NCBI GenBank assembly: GCA_963700145.1
Contig: OY969474.1
Location: 1,216,001 to 1,280,000, forward strand
Direction of reading: 5' to 3'
Length of the DNA stretch: 64,000 nt
Origin: an uncultured Acidobacteriota bacterium
GTDB taxonomy: Bacteria; Acidobacteriota; Thermoanaerobaculia; Multivoradales; UBA5704
Shown: positions 17,487 to 26,313 of the stretch, one piece after another
Position numbering within the stretch: the first letter of the stretch is position 1
Layout of the letters: each line of letters starts with the position of its first letter
Position numbers and translations under genes: made by a program
Notes under the pieces: generated by a model
Told to the model about the DNA's origin: nothing
The model's database searches: none
What the model saw: only the letters and a program-made list of their open reading frames with translations

Positions 17487-19178
17487 ATGCCCCGCACGCC
17501 GCTGTTCGCGCTGGTCGAGCGCTCGCTGCGCCTCGCCCGCGCCGCCGCCGCGACCGGCCGCCCGCCGGCCGAGCTAGTCGAGGAGGACGCGGCCCACAGG
17601 CTCGCCGCGCGACTGGCGAAGCGCGAGGCCCGCCTCACCCGCCGCGAGCTGCTCGGCGGCTCGCTGGCGCTCGGTGCCGGGCTCGCCGCCGGGCTCCCCG
17701 GCCTGGTGACCGCCGGCTGCGCCGGCACCGGCGCGCCGCGGCCCGGCGGGCGCATCCTCCGCGGCGGCGCCGGTGGCCTGCCGGTTCTGATCGTCGGCGC
17801 CGGCATCGCCGGCCTGACCGCCGGCCACCGGCTGCGCCAGGCCGGCGTGGCGGTGCGCATCCTCGAGGCGCAGGGCCGCACCGGCGGCCGCATGCTCAGC
17901 CAGCGCGGCCGCTTCGCCGACGGCCAGGTGGTGGAGCTGGGCGGCGAGCTGATCGACACCGGCCACGAGCGCATCCGCGCTCTCGCCGAGGAGCTGGAGA
18001 TCGTCCTCGACGACCTGGCGCAGGAGGACCCGGCCGTCGAGGAGGTCTGGTTCTTCGACGGCGAGCGGCGCAGCGAGCGCGAGGTCGTCGAGGCCTTCCT
18101 GCCACTGGTGCGGCCGATCGAGTCGGCGGTGGCGGCGATCGCGGCCGACGACGTCACCTACGCCACACCCGGCGGCGCCGAGGCGCTCGACCGGATGTCG
18201 ATCACCCAGTGGCTCGACGGCGCCGGCGTCTCGGGCTGGTTCCGGCGCCTCCTCGACGTCGCCTACACGACCGAGTACGGGCTCGAGCCGGGCGAGCAGT
18301 CGGCGCTCAACTTCCTGCTGATGATCGACCCCGACCCCACACCCTTCCGCATCTTCGGCGACAGCGACGAGCGCTTCCACGTCCGCGGCGGCAACGACCT
18401 CATCACTGCCGCCTTGGCCGAGCGGCTGCGCGACGCCATCGAGCTGGACTCGCGGCTGGAGGCGGTCGGGCGGGCAGCCGACGGCACGCTGCGCTGCACC
18501 GTGCGGCGCGGCGGCATGAGCCGTGACATCGCCGCCGAGCACCTGGTCCTGGCGCTCCCCTTCACGCTGCTGCGCGACGTGCGGCTCGACCTCGAGCTGC
18601 CGCCGGTCAAGACGCGGGCGATCCAGGAGCTCGGCTACGGCACCAACGCCAAGCTGATGGTCGGCTTCTCCGAGCGCGTCTGGCGGACGCGCCACCGCGG
18701 CAACGGCAGCGTCGTCGCCGACCTCCCCTTCCAGACCACCTGGGAGACCAGCCGCCAGCAGCCGGGCGATGCCGGCATCCTCACCAACTTCACCGGCGGC
18801 GCCCACGGCGTCGAGCTGGGCCGCGGCTCGACCGCGGAGCAGGCGGCGCGGCTGACGGCGGACCTGGAGCGCATCTTTCCAGGCGCCGCGGCGGCCCGCC
18901 GCGGCATGGCCGAGGTGCGCTTCCACTGGCCCACCCACCCCTGGACCCGCGGCAGCTACGCCAGCTACAAGGTCGGCCAGTGGACCACGATCGGCGGCGC
19001 CGAAGGCGAGCCCGCCGGCAACGTCCGCTTCGCCGGCGAGCACTGCTCGCGCGTCGCCCAGGGCTTCATGGAAGGCGGCTGCGAAACCGGCGAGCAAGCG
19101 GCGAGAGACATCCTCAGTGCGATGGGGCTGCCCTGGCCGGTGGCGGCCGACGCGGGACGGCTGCGGCGGGCGAGCTAG
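17487..19178 (+). CDS. Flavin monoamine oxidase family FAD-dependent oxidoreductase
   Basis: IVGAGIAGLTAG, EAQGRTGGR, ELGGELID, FAGEH and GFMEGG motifs. Confidence 0.92.
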   Translation: MPRTPLFALVERSLRLARAAAATGRPPAELVEEDAAHRLAARLAKREARLTRRELLGGSLALGAGLAAGLPGLVTAGCAGTGAPRPGGRILRGGAGGLPVLIVGAGIAGLTAGHRLRQAGVAVRILEAQGRTGGRMLSQRGRFADGQVVELGGELIDTGHERIRALAEELEIVLDDLAQEDPAVEEVWFFDGERRSEREVVEAFLPLVRPIESAVAAIAADDVTYATPGGAEALDRMSITQWLDGAGVSGWFRRLLDVAYTTEYGLEPGEQSALNFLLMIDPDPTPFRIFGDSDERFHVRGGNDLITAALAERLRDAIELDSRLEAVGRAADGTLRCTVRRGGMSRDIAAEHLVLALPFTLLRDVRLDLELPPVKTRAIQELGYGTNAKLMVGFSERVWRTRHRGNGSVVADLPFQTTWETSRQQPGDAGILTNFTGGAHGVELGRGSTAEQAARLTADLERIFPGAAAARRGMAEVRFHWPTHPWTRGSYASYKVGQWTTIGGAEGEPAGNVRFAGEHCSRVAQGFMEGGCETGEQAARDILSAMGLPWPVAADAGRLRRAS

Positions 19179-19221
19179 AGCAATGAGCCCGTGACGGGAG
19201 CCCGTGACGGAACCGGCAGAC

Positions 19222-19290
19222 TCTGACACGCTCGTCGACCAGCTGCCCGAGAACAAGCTCCTGACGGCGCGCCGCTTCCTCTAGTACTCA
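19222..19290 (+). pseudogene. Remnant of a small antitoxin-like gene
   Basis: Reads TLVDQLPENKLLTARRFL*Y with no start codon; resembles 'LHxLVDxLPExELxxARRFLEYL' small antitoxins (recalled similarity). Confidence 0.35.
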
Positions 19291-20079
19291 AGCGCGAATA
19301 GTGATCCGTGGCAAGAGTTGTACGACCCGTGGGGCAACCGTCGCATTGACCAAACGATAACCTCTAAACGTGCCGTCAGATTTAGGCTCCAGTACAAGCT
19401 TGTGGAGCGACTCGTCGTCTAGGATATAGCCGTCCTCGTCGAGAAGCTGTAGCGCAGCGTCGCACCCTATCGCGGTGTCAGTCAGATTCCGCAGGATCAG
19501 TATCCAAGAGATCCGCCACCAAGAACTGTTTCGCTCGGTAACCCTCATCGAGGCACCTGCTATTTCCACCCATGGGCCTGTAGGAACCTGGATTGCTCGC
19601 TCGGGCTCTGCCTCTGGCCTTGGAGTCTTTAGGGCGCTCAGCTCCTCAGCCACGCTACGGATACCACGTGCGACATCGGCCCACGCTTCATCGCGGTTCG
19701 GCCATCCCGTGACTGCTACGCCATCGCGTGGAAGCGCTTGCAACTTGCCGAAAGGCGCAGGGTGCCAATCGCACTCACGCAGGATCACCGGCACCACCTT
19801 CGCCGAGCCTCCACGATGTCTGTCTAGCGCCTCCTTCAATTCTCGGCCGTAGCAATAGTCAGAAGCCATGAAATCAGCACTCACAAGCAGAAGTACGATG
19901 TCAGCCTCACGAAGATTTGCGTCAATGGCACCGTCGAGTTCAGTACCGGCCGTAATCTTGCGATCGTGCCAGGTATCGATGATCTCCTGGCGCTTCAAGA
20001 GGGCGAGATGTGCCTCGAGCTCGTCGCGAAGACCTCCGTCTCGATGCGAGTAGACGAAAAACAGTTTTAGCGCTTCCAC
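19288..20079 (-). CDS. TIR domain protein with uncharacterised C-terminal beta-rich domain
   Basis: AAGGAGG SD; FFVYSHRD, TWHDRKITAG, LLLVSADFMASDYCYGRE and VVPVILREC motifs. Confidence 0.9.
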   Translation of the reverse strand: MEALKLFFVYSHRDGGLRDELEAHLALLKRQEIIDTWHDRKITAGTELDGAIDANLREADIVLLLVSADFMASDYCYGRELKEALDRHRGGSAKVVPVILRECDWHPAPFGKLQALPRDGVAVTGWPNRDEAWADVARGIRSVAEELSALKTPRPEAEPERAIQVPTGPWVEIAGASMRVTERNSSWWRISWILILRNLTDTAIGCDAALQLLDEDGYILDDESLHKLVLEPKSDGTFRGYRLVNATVAPRVVQLLPRITIRA

Positions 20080-20208
20080 GCGGCCTCCTTGGACCTCACC
20101 CGGTGGGGCGACTCAGCGATGAAGCCTTGCCGCTTCGTCCGCAGCTGTCCTACCTACCGGCGCAGGCAAGGTTGAGAGAGTTTAAACATGCTCCGTTCGA
20201 GTTTGGGC

Positions 20209-20460
20209 TCATGGGAAGGTCGGCAACTCGCCGCATGCTTCACAGATTACTAGCCCCAAGACTTGCTCACCGCAGTGCTCACAAAATCTTCGATCATGCC
20301 GAGTCAGATTCTCGCAGATATCCTTTGCTTCTCGCTGGCTTCCAGCTGTTGTGCTGTTTGCGCACCATGCCAGCCCACCGCCGGACACAATTGGCCCACC
20401 ACAGTCGCGGCAGAACCGCGATCCGGCATTAACCGCGCGCTGCGTTGCCAATTCGCTCAC
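20209..20460 (-). CDS. Small putative zinc-ribbon protein
   Basis: Three CxxC pairs (CRDC, CEHC, CEAC) plus two further Cys in 83 aa; AAGGAG immediately 5' of the GTG, so the true start is uncertain. Confidence 0.45.
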   Translation of the reverse strand: MSELATQRAVNAGSRFCRDCGGPIVSGGGLAWCANSTTAGSQREAKDICENLTRHDRRFCEHCGEQVLGLVICEACGELPTFP

Positions 20461-20740
20461 CTCCTTGTCGCGTTACCTGAGCGTTTCCGTCTACAGGTCG
20501 TGGCGCGCTCAAGGTGAGAGTAGCAGCGCCCCGCCCTCGCGACCGCTCTCCGGCCTCGTCGACGACCAAGTCGATGCCTTCATCAGCAACCTCCCCGGCC
20601 AGTATATGACCGCGCTTTAGTGGTGATGCCTGGTCCCGCCATGGTGGCCTGTAGGCTTCCCGATAGGCATTAGTAGTTTGCGCAGCCACGAATGTAGGGC
20701 GGCTTCGAGCGGCCGTCTACCTGCAGGAGGTCTCACGGGT

Positions 20741-20767
20741 GTCGTACACTGTGTACATGCGTACGAC
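20741..20767 (+). promoter_or_regulatory. Palindromic operator and -10 box of the TA operon
   Basis: GTCGTACACTGTGTACATGCGTACGAC contains GTACAC-T-GTGTAC and outer GTCGTAC/GTACGAC; TACACT lies 6 nt before the ATG. Confidence 0.55.
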
Positions 20768-20990
20768 GCTGACCATCCGGACCGACGAGCAACTCCGCGA
20801 GGCGCTCGAGGAGCGGGCCGCCATGCAGGGCAAGACTGTCTCGGAAGTAGCGCGCGAGATTTTGAGCGCCGCCGTCTCCGAGCGACCCCTGGGGGCGCGC
20901 ATCGGTCGCTTGCGTGGACAGCTCGAGCTGCCCCGCGAGAGCGCCGATCCCCGGCGCAGCCGGCTCCGCAAGCGCAACTGGCGGCCTTGA
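20757..20990 (+). CDS. RHH/CopG-type antitoxin (VapB-like)
   Basis: MRTTLTIRTDEQLREALEERAAMQGKTVSEVAREIL ribbon-helix-helix pattern; overlaps the PIN gene (TTGA). Alternative GTG start at 20739. Confidence 0.85.
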   Translation: MRTTLTIRTDEQLREALEERAAMQGKTVSEVAREILSAAVSERPLGARIGRLRGQLELPRESADPRRSRLRKRNWRP

Positions 20991-21421
20991 AGGTCTGGCT
21001 GCTCGACACCGGGCCGCTCGTCGCCTACCTCGACGCGGCCGACAAGGATCACTCGCGGGTCGCGGCCGCGCTCGACGTCTTCACCGGGCAGCTGATCACG
21101 ACGACCGCCGTCATCGGGGAGGCGATGTACCTCCTCGCCGAGGTCCGCAGCGGACCCGCCCTACTCGCCGAGTTCGTCGCGGAAAGCGCCTTGCAGATCG
21201 TGGACTTCAGCCACCCGGAGGACCTGGCCGAGGCCGCCCGTCGGATGGAGAAGTATGCCGACTTGCCGATGGACTACGCCGACGCGACGCTGGTCCTCCT
21301 GGGAGAGCGCCTCGGGGTCTTCGACGTGTTGACGCTCGACCGTCGCGGCTTCACCGTCTACCGCGCCGCCCAAGGCAAACACTTCAAGCTCGTGCTCGAA
21401 GATAGCGGCAGGCGGCGGTAG
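20987..21421 (+). CDS. vapC: PIN-domain toxin (VapC family)
   Basis: LLDTGPLVA, VIGEAMYLL, PMDYADATLV and LTLDRRGFTVYR (acidic PIN residues); TTG start. Confidence 0.9.
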   Translation: MKVWLLDTGPLVAYLDAADKDHSRVAAALDVFTGQLITTTAVIGEAMYLLAEVRSGPALLAEFVAESALQIVDFSHPEDLAEAARRMEKYADLPMDYADATLVLLGERLGVFDVLTLDRRGFTVYRAAQGKHFKLVLEDSGRRR

Positions 21422-21508
21422 ATTTCAGGGGCCTCTTCCCCACCTGGGATGGCCGAACTGCGCTTCGGCTGGGCCCCTGGCCGTTTTCCCTAGGCTGGAC
21501 GCCAACGT

Positions 21509-21846
21509 CCATGGGCTCCAAGGAGCTTTCCAGCTGCCGCTAGCCGATTTCCATGGGCCGGTAGGAGCTTCCCATGGGCTCCAAGCCACTTCGGCATGGA
21601 GCCCAAGCCGTTTTCCATGGACTCCAAGGGAAAATCCATGGCGCCCAAGCCGACTTGCATCGCGCCCAAGCCATTTTCCATGGAGCCCAAGCCGTTTTGG
21701 ATGGGCTCCAAGCCGTTTTTGCATCGCGCCCAAGCCGCTTTCCATCGGCTCCAAGCCGTTCTGCATGGCGCCCAAGCCACTTTCCATGGACTCCAAGCCG
21801 TTTTGCAGCGCGCCCAAGCCGTTGTGCATGGCGCCCAAGCCGACTT
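21509..21846. repeat. Intergenic 21-bp tandem repeat, about 16 degenerate units
   Basis: Consensus (C/G)CATGG.(G/C).CCAAGCCG.TTT; two units are 22 bp (21572, 21699). Confidence 0.9.
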
Positions 21847-21906
21847 CCGCGCCGTCCCGGCGGCCTTTCCAGCCGCCCCCGCCGCCAGCGCCTTGCCCCG
21901 CGCCGG

Positions 21907-24078
21907 CTAGCCGCTCGGCTTCCCCGCCACCTTGAACGCCGCCTTGGACGTCACCATCCGCCGCTGGCGGTCGAGGTTGCGGCCGAGGGAGATCGCGAGG
22001 CCTTGCGGGTCGGGCTCGAGCATCGAGACCTCCAGCGTGTACTCCCCGGGCTGGACGCGGCCGACTTGCAGGGTCGCGACCAGGTGGTCGAGGCCGGCGG
22101 CGCTGACGTCGCGGCCGAGGGGCTTGAAGCGCATGCCGCGGACCTCGCGGCCGTCGCTGCCGAGCACCCGGCCCTCGACCTCCACGTTCTGCGTCGAGAG
22201 GTTGTAGCCGGCGAGGAAGACCCGCACCTGCTCGCCGGCCTTGACCACCGGCATCGCCGAGGGGACGAAGACCTGCCCGCCGGCGACGAAGGGGTAGGCG
22301 TCGCTGCCGACGACGCCGCCGGCGACCTCGCGCACCGTCAGGCCGCCGCGCTCCGGCTGCACGAAGAAGGGCTGCAGCAGGCGGCTCGCGACCTTGCCGA
22401 AGTCCGGCACCTCCAGCGGCAGTGCGCGCACCGTGGCGCGGCCGCTGTCGGCGCTGCGCACCAGGAGGCGCAGGTCGTACTTCCCCGGCGCCAGGTAGAG
22501 GTCGCCGACGAAGCGGACGCCGCCGGCGCGCACGCTCTCGCCGTGGCGCGCGGTCTCGTAGCGCACCACCTGCGAGAAGTAGTCCGCGACCTCGCGCTGG
22601 GGGTCGAGGGCGTAGCCGTAGAACTCCAGCGTGTGGGTCGCTCCCTTCCCCTCGGCGGCGAGACTTGCTGGGTCCACCTCGATGACCACCGGCACGTAAG
22701 CGCCGCCCTCCGGCGCGCGGAAGGGGGTGGCGAGCGCGGTGGTCTGGAGGTCGGAGCGCTCGGGACCGAGCAGCAGCTCGATCGCCTTGGCCATGCGCCG
22801 CGACGCCGCCTGGCCCAGCGGCCGCGGCGCGTAGTAGCCGGCGCGATGCACCACCTTCCCCTTGCGGCCGCCGGCCAGGCGGACGTCCAGCTTGTGGTAC
22901 TTGCCGTCGTGCTCGATGTCCGGCGCCTCCAGGGTCAGCACGTAGGTCACCGTCGAGGTCTCGAGCACCCGTCCCATCGCCTCGGAGAGGTCGTTGGTCT
23001 GGGAGAGGAAGCTGCCGCCGGTCTCCTTCGCCATGTACCAGAGCCCCTCGGAGGAGAAGCCCGTCGGGTCCCAGTTGCCGGAGAGGCCGAAGGCCTCGAC
23101 GGTGTGGATCACCCAGTTGGCGCGGCGGAACTGCTCGGCCATGCGCTCGAGATCGCCGTAGGCCGCGGCGTCGCCGAGCGCGGCCGAGCCGCCGCGTGCG
23201 CGCCACTGGGTACCGCGCACGCCCCGCTCGCCGCGCATGTAGCTGTCCACGAAGCCGTCGGAGAACAGGACCAGGTGCTTGCGCCCGTCGATGCTCGCCG
23301 TCGCCCGCGCCAGCGCCGCGAGGCCCTGGGTCAGGATCCCTACCTCGGAGCGGCCCTCTTCGCGGTTGTTGCGCATCGTGTCCATCGCCATCTCGGGGAG
23401 GCCTTCCGTCTCGTAGCCATCCTCCAGCAGCTCCATGGCGAGGTTGCTCTTCTCGCCGAAGCCGCTGCCGATCTGGCCGCCGATGGCGGCGACGTCGCGC
23501 GGCGAGAGCCCCAGCCGCCCGGCCCCCGCCTCGTCGCGCTGCAGGAGCGCGCGGAAGTCGTCGAGCGCCGCCACGGCCAGCGCGCGGTCGGCGGTGAAGT
23601 TGAGCGGCACGGTGACGCCGCGGGCATTGGAGAAGAAGGCGATGCCGACGAGGTCGGTCGGGTGGAGCCCTTCGGCGAGGAGCTTGCGCGCCGCCTGCTC
23701 GGCGGCGACGAGCGACCGCGTGGTGGTGAAGTAGAGGTCGAAGAAGAGCATGAAGTGGCGGCGCGCGGCGGGGCTCGGCGCGGCGGCGGGAGCGGCCGCG
23801 GGCGCGGCGCCGGTCGAGGACGACGCGGCGAGGTCCACCACCTCGAAGGCGGTGACGGCGCGCGGCGTCTTGCCGTCGAAGACTTCGAAGTCGGCGGCGG
23901 TCAGGCCGCGCACCGGCTTGCCGTCCTCGAGCACCTGCACGGGCACCTCGACGACGACGACGGAGGTCTCCTCGGTGAAGCTCTGCTCCTGCGCGCGGAC
24001 CGCGGCGGGCGGTCCGGCGAGGGCGAGCGCGGCGAGGAACAGGGTGGCGAAAGGGACGGCGGCGCGACGGTGGGGCAT
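21907..24078 (-). CDS. Acidobacterial-type VWA domain protein, secreted (paralogue 4, most divergent)
   Basis: Signal peptide; EETSVVVVEVPVQV..DGKPVRGLT, LFFDL, GRKHLVLFSDGF, ETGG and HRAGYYAP motifs. Confidence 0.88.
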   Translation of the reverse strand: MPHRRAAVPFATLFLAALALAGPPAAVRAQEQSFTEETSVVVVEVPVQVLEDGKPVRGLTAADFEVFDGKTPRAVTAFEVVDLAASSSTGAAPAAAPAAAPSPAARRHFMLFFDLYFTTTRSLVAAEQAARKLLAEGLHPTDLVGIAFFSNARGVTVPLNFTADRALAVAALDDFRALLQRDEAGAGRLGLSPRDVAAIGGQIGSGFGEKSNLAMELLEDGYETEGLPEMAMDTMRNNREEGRSEVGILTQGLAALARATASIDGRKHLVLFSDGFVDSYMRGERGVRGTQWRARGGSAALGDAAAYGDLERMAEQFRRANWVIHTVEAFGLSGNWDPTGFSSEGLWYMAKETGGSFLSQTNDLSEAMGRVLETSTVTYVLTLEAPDIEHDGKYHKLDVRLAGGRKGKVVHRAGYYAPRPLGQAASRRMAKAIELLLGPERSDLQTTALATPFRAPEGGAYVPVVIEVDPASLAAEGKGATHTLEFYGYALDPQREVADYFSQVVRYETARHGESVRAGGVRFVGDLYLAPGKYDLRLLVRSADSGRATVRALPLEVPDFGKVASRLLQPFFVQPERGGLTVREVAGGVVGSDAYPFVAGGQVFVPSAMPVVKAGEQVRVFLAGYNLSTQNVEVEGRVLGSDGREVRGMRFKPLGRDVSAAGLDHLVATLQVGRVQPGEYTLEVSMLEPDPQGLAISLGRNLDRQRRMVTSKAAFKVAGKPSG

Positions 24079-24141
24079 ACGGCCTTCCTTCCTGCGGTGA
24101 AGCGCCCGCGCGGCGGGCGATTCAGAGTAGCAGGCGGAAGC

Positions 24142-26313
24142 TCAGCCGTCGCGCCGCGCTTGCGTGACCACTGCGAAGGGCGCCGTCGCCTTGACCGCCG
24201 CGCCGCTCGGCTCGGCGAGCGTCACTTCGAGCCGGTAGTCCCCCGGCGCCAGCCCTTCCGGCCGGAAGGTGGCGAGGACGCGCGCGAGGTCGCCCTCGCC
24301 CTTGAGGCGGCCGATGCCGCTCAGCACGCCGCCGGCGACCGGCGTGCCGTCGGCGGCGAGCACCCGGCCGCTCACGACCAGGTCGCCTGCGACCAGATGG
24401 TAGGCGCTCAAGAAGAGGCGTGTCTCCTCCCCGGCGGCGAGGCGCGGCCGCGGCGCGGGCACGAAGGGCTGCGCCCCCAGCCGGAACGGGTACTCGGCCT
24501 CCTCCGCCTCCGCGCCCGCCTCGCGCAGGGTCAGGGTGCCCTCCTCGGCGGCGACGAAGAAGGGCGGCAGGAGCCGCTTGGCGATCCGCAGCGGGTCGGG
24601 GACGGCGAGCGGCACGACCGCCAGCGTCGTGCGACCGCTGGCGGTGCCGCGCACCAGCAGGCGCAGCTCGTGCTCGCCGGGCGGGACCGCGAGGTCGGCG
24701 ACGAAGCGCAGCCTGCCGCCGGTGGCCGTGGCCGAGCGCTCGGCATCGAGCTGGAGCTGCTGGGCGAAGAAGTCCTGCACCCGTCCCTCGCCGTCGAAGA
24801 CGTAGCCGTAGAGCTCGAGCCCGAGGCCCTCCGCCGTCTTCTCGGCGGCGAGCGCCGCGCCCTCGACCTCGACGACGACTGGCACGTAGCCGCGCTCCGC
24901 GCCGGCCTCCCCGGCGAACGGGATCGCCAGCACCGCGACCGGAATCTCGGCGTGCGGCTCGCCCGCCACGATCATCTCGGCGGCGGCGAAGCGACGCTCC
25001 GGCGCGCGTTGCTGCGCCAGCGGCAGCGGCGCGTAGTAGCCGGCCCGGTGGACGGCGCGGGCGCCGCGCGGGGCGCCCTTGAGCTCCACCCGCAGCTTGC
25101 GGAAGGCGCCGTCGGGCGGCACTTCGTCGCCGGAGAAGGTCAGGACGTAGGTCAGGCTGCTCGCCTCCAGCATCCGGCCCATCGCCGCGCCCAGGTCGTT
25201 GCTGTGGTTGAAGAACGTGCCGCCGGTCTCCTTGGCGAGGTAGAACATCCCCTCCGAGCCGATGCCGGTCGGGTCCCATTTGCCGGAGACGCCGAAGGGC
25301 TCGACGGTGTGGATGACCCAGCCGGAGCGGCGGAACTCCTCGAGCATGCGGTTGAGGTCGCCCATCGCCCCGGCGTTGCCGAGCAGCTCGCCGCCGCCGG
25401 GCATCGACGCGCTCTCGACGTCGTCCCCCATGATCAGGGCGTCGTCGAAGCCGTCGGAGAAGAAGACCAGCGCCTTCCGCCCTTCGACCTCGCGCATCAG
25501 CCGCGCCATGACCGCGAAGTTCTCGCTCAAGGCGGCGATCTGGCTCCGCCGCCCCTGGGTCACGAACGGCGTGGTGATGGCGTTCATGTCGGCCAGCGTC
25601 CCGCCGATGAACAGGCCGCCCCTGCCGCCGGCGTGGTCGGTGATCCACGTCAGCGTCTCCCCGGCCAGGCTCATCTCCCAGCCGGCGAGGCTGCCGAGGC
25701 CGCGGACGATGGCGCGGAAGTCGGGCGCCGTGAGGCCGAGCGGGTCGCGCTCGCCGCTCTCCGCCGCCTGCCGGCGCTGCCGCTCGGCCGCCTCGACGTC
25801 GTGCCGCAGCAGGACGGCCAGGGCGTCGAGCACGCGCTCCACCTGCCGCCGGTCGGAGGTGAAGCCGACCGGCATGACCACGCCATGGGCCGGGGTGTAG
25901 AAGGCCACGCCGACGAGGTCCTGCGGGTGGAGCCCGCGGGCGAGGAGCTGGCGCGCCGCCGCCTCGGACTTCTGCAGCGAGTTGGGGCCGGTGAAGGCGA
26001 GGTCGAAGAGAAGGAGGAGGTTGCGGCGCGCGGCGGGCGGGATCGGTGCCGGCCGGCCGCCGGCCGTGGCCGCGAGGTCCACGACCTCCACCGAGGTGAC
26101 GGCGCGCCGCACCTTGCCGTCCCAGACCTCGAAGTTCTCGGCCGTCAGCCCGCGCACCGGCTTGCCGTCCTGGACCACCTGGACGGGGACCTCGACGACC
26201 ACGACGGAGGTCTCCTCGCGGAAGCCCTCCGGCGCCGGCGCCTGCGCGGAGGCGGCGGGGACGAGCGCGAGCGCGGCGGCGAGCGCGGCGCAGGCGATGG
26301 CGCCGCGGCTCAC
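24142..26313 (-). CDS. Acidobacterial-type VWA domain protein, secreted (paralogue 3)
   Basis: Same motif set; GTG overlaps the upstream stop. Confidence 0.88.
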   Translation of the reverse strand: MSRGAIACAALAAALALVPAASAQAPAPEGFREETSVVVVEVPVQVVQDGKPVRGLTAENFEVWDGKVRRAVTSVEVVDLAATAGGRPAPIPPAARRNLLLLFDLAFTGPNSLQKSEAAARQLLARGLHPQDLVGVAFYTPAHGVVMPVGFTSDRRQVERVLDALAVLLRHDVEAAERQRRQAAESGERDPLGLTAPDFRAIVRGLGSLAGWEMSLAGETLTWITDHAGGRGGLFIGGTLADMNAITTPFVTQGRRSQIAALSENFAVMARLMREVEGRKALVFFSDGFDDALIMGDDVESASMPGGGELLGNAGAMGDLNRMLEEFRRSGWVIHTVEPFGVSGKWDPTGIGSEGMFYLAKETGGTFFNHSNDLGAAMGRMLEASSLTYVLTFSGDEVPPDGAFRKLRVELKGAPRGARAVHRAGYYAPLPLAQQRAPERRFAAAEMIVAGEPHAEIPVAVLAIPFAGEAGAERGYVPVVVEVEGAALAAEKTAEGLGLELYGYVFDGEGRVQDFFAQQLQLDAERSATATGGRLRFVADLAVPPGEHELRLLVRGTASGRTTLAVVPLAVPDPLRIAKRLLPPFFVAAEEGTLTLREAGAEAEEAEYPFRLGAQPFVPAPRPRLAAGEETRLFLSAYHLVAGDLVVSGRVLAADGTPVAGGVLSGIGRLKGEGDLARVLATFRPEGLAPGDYRLEVTLAEPSGAAVKATAPFAVVTQARRDG

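Noticed and set aside
20429-20689. 86-aa minus-strand ORF
   Set aside because: TTG start without SD, no motifs, no supporting codon pattern.
21425-21910. Heptad-repeat CDS in the 21-bp array
   Set aside because: Frame broken twice by 22-bp units and no convincing start or SD; reported as a repeat only.
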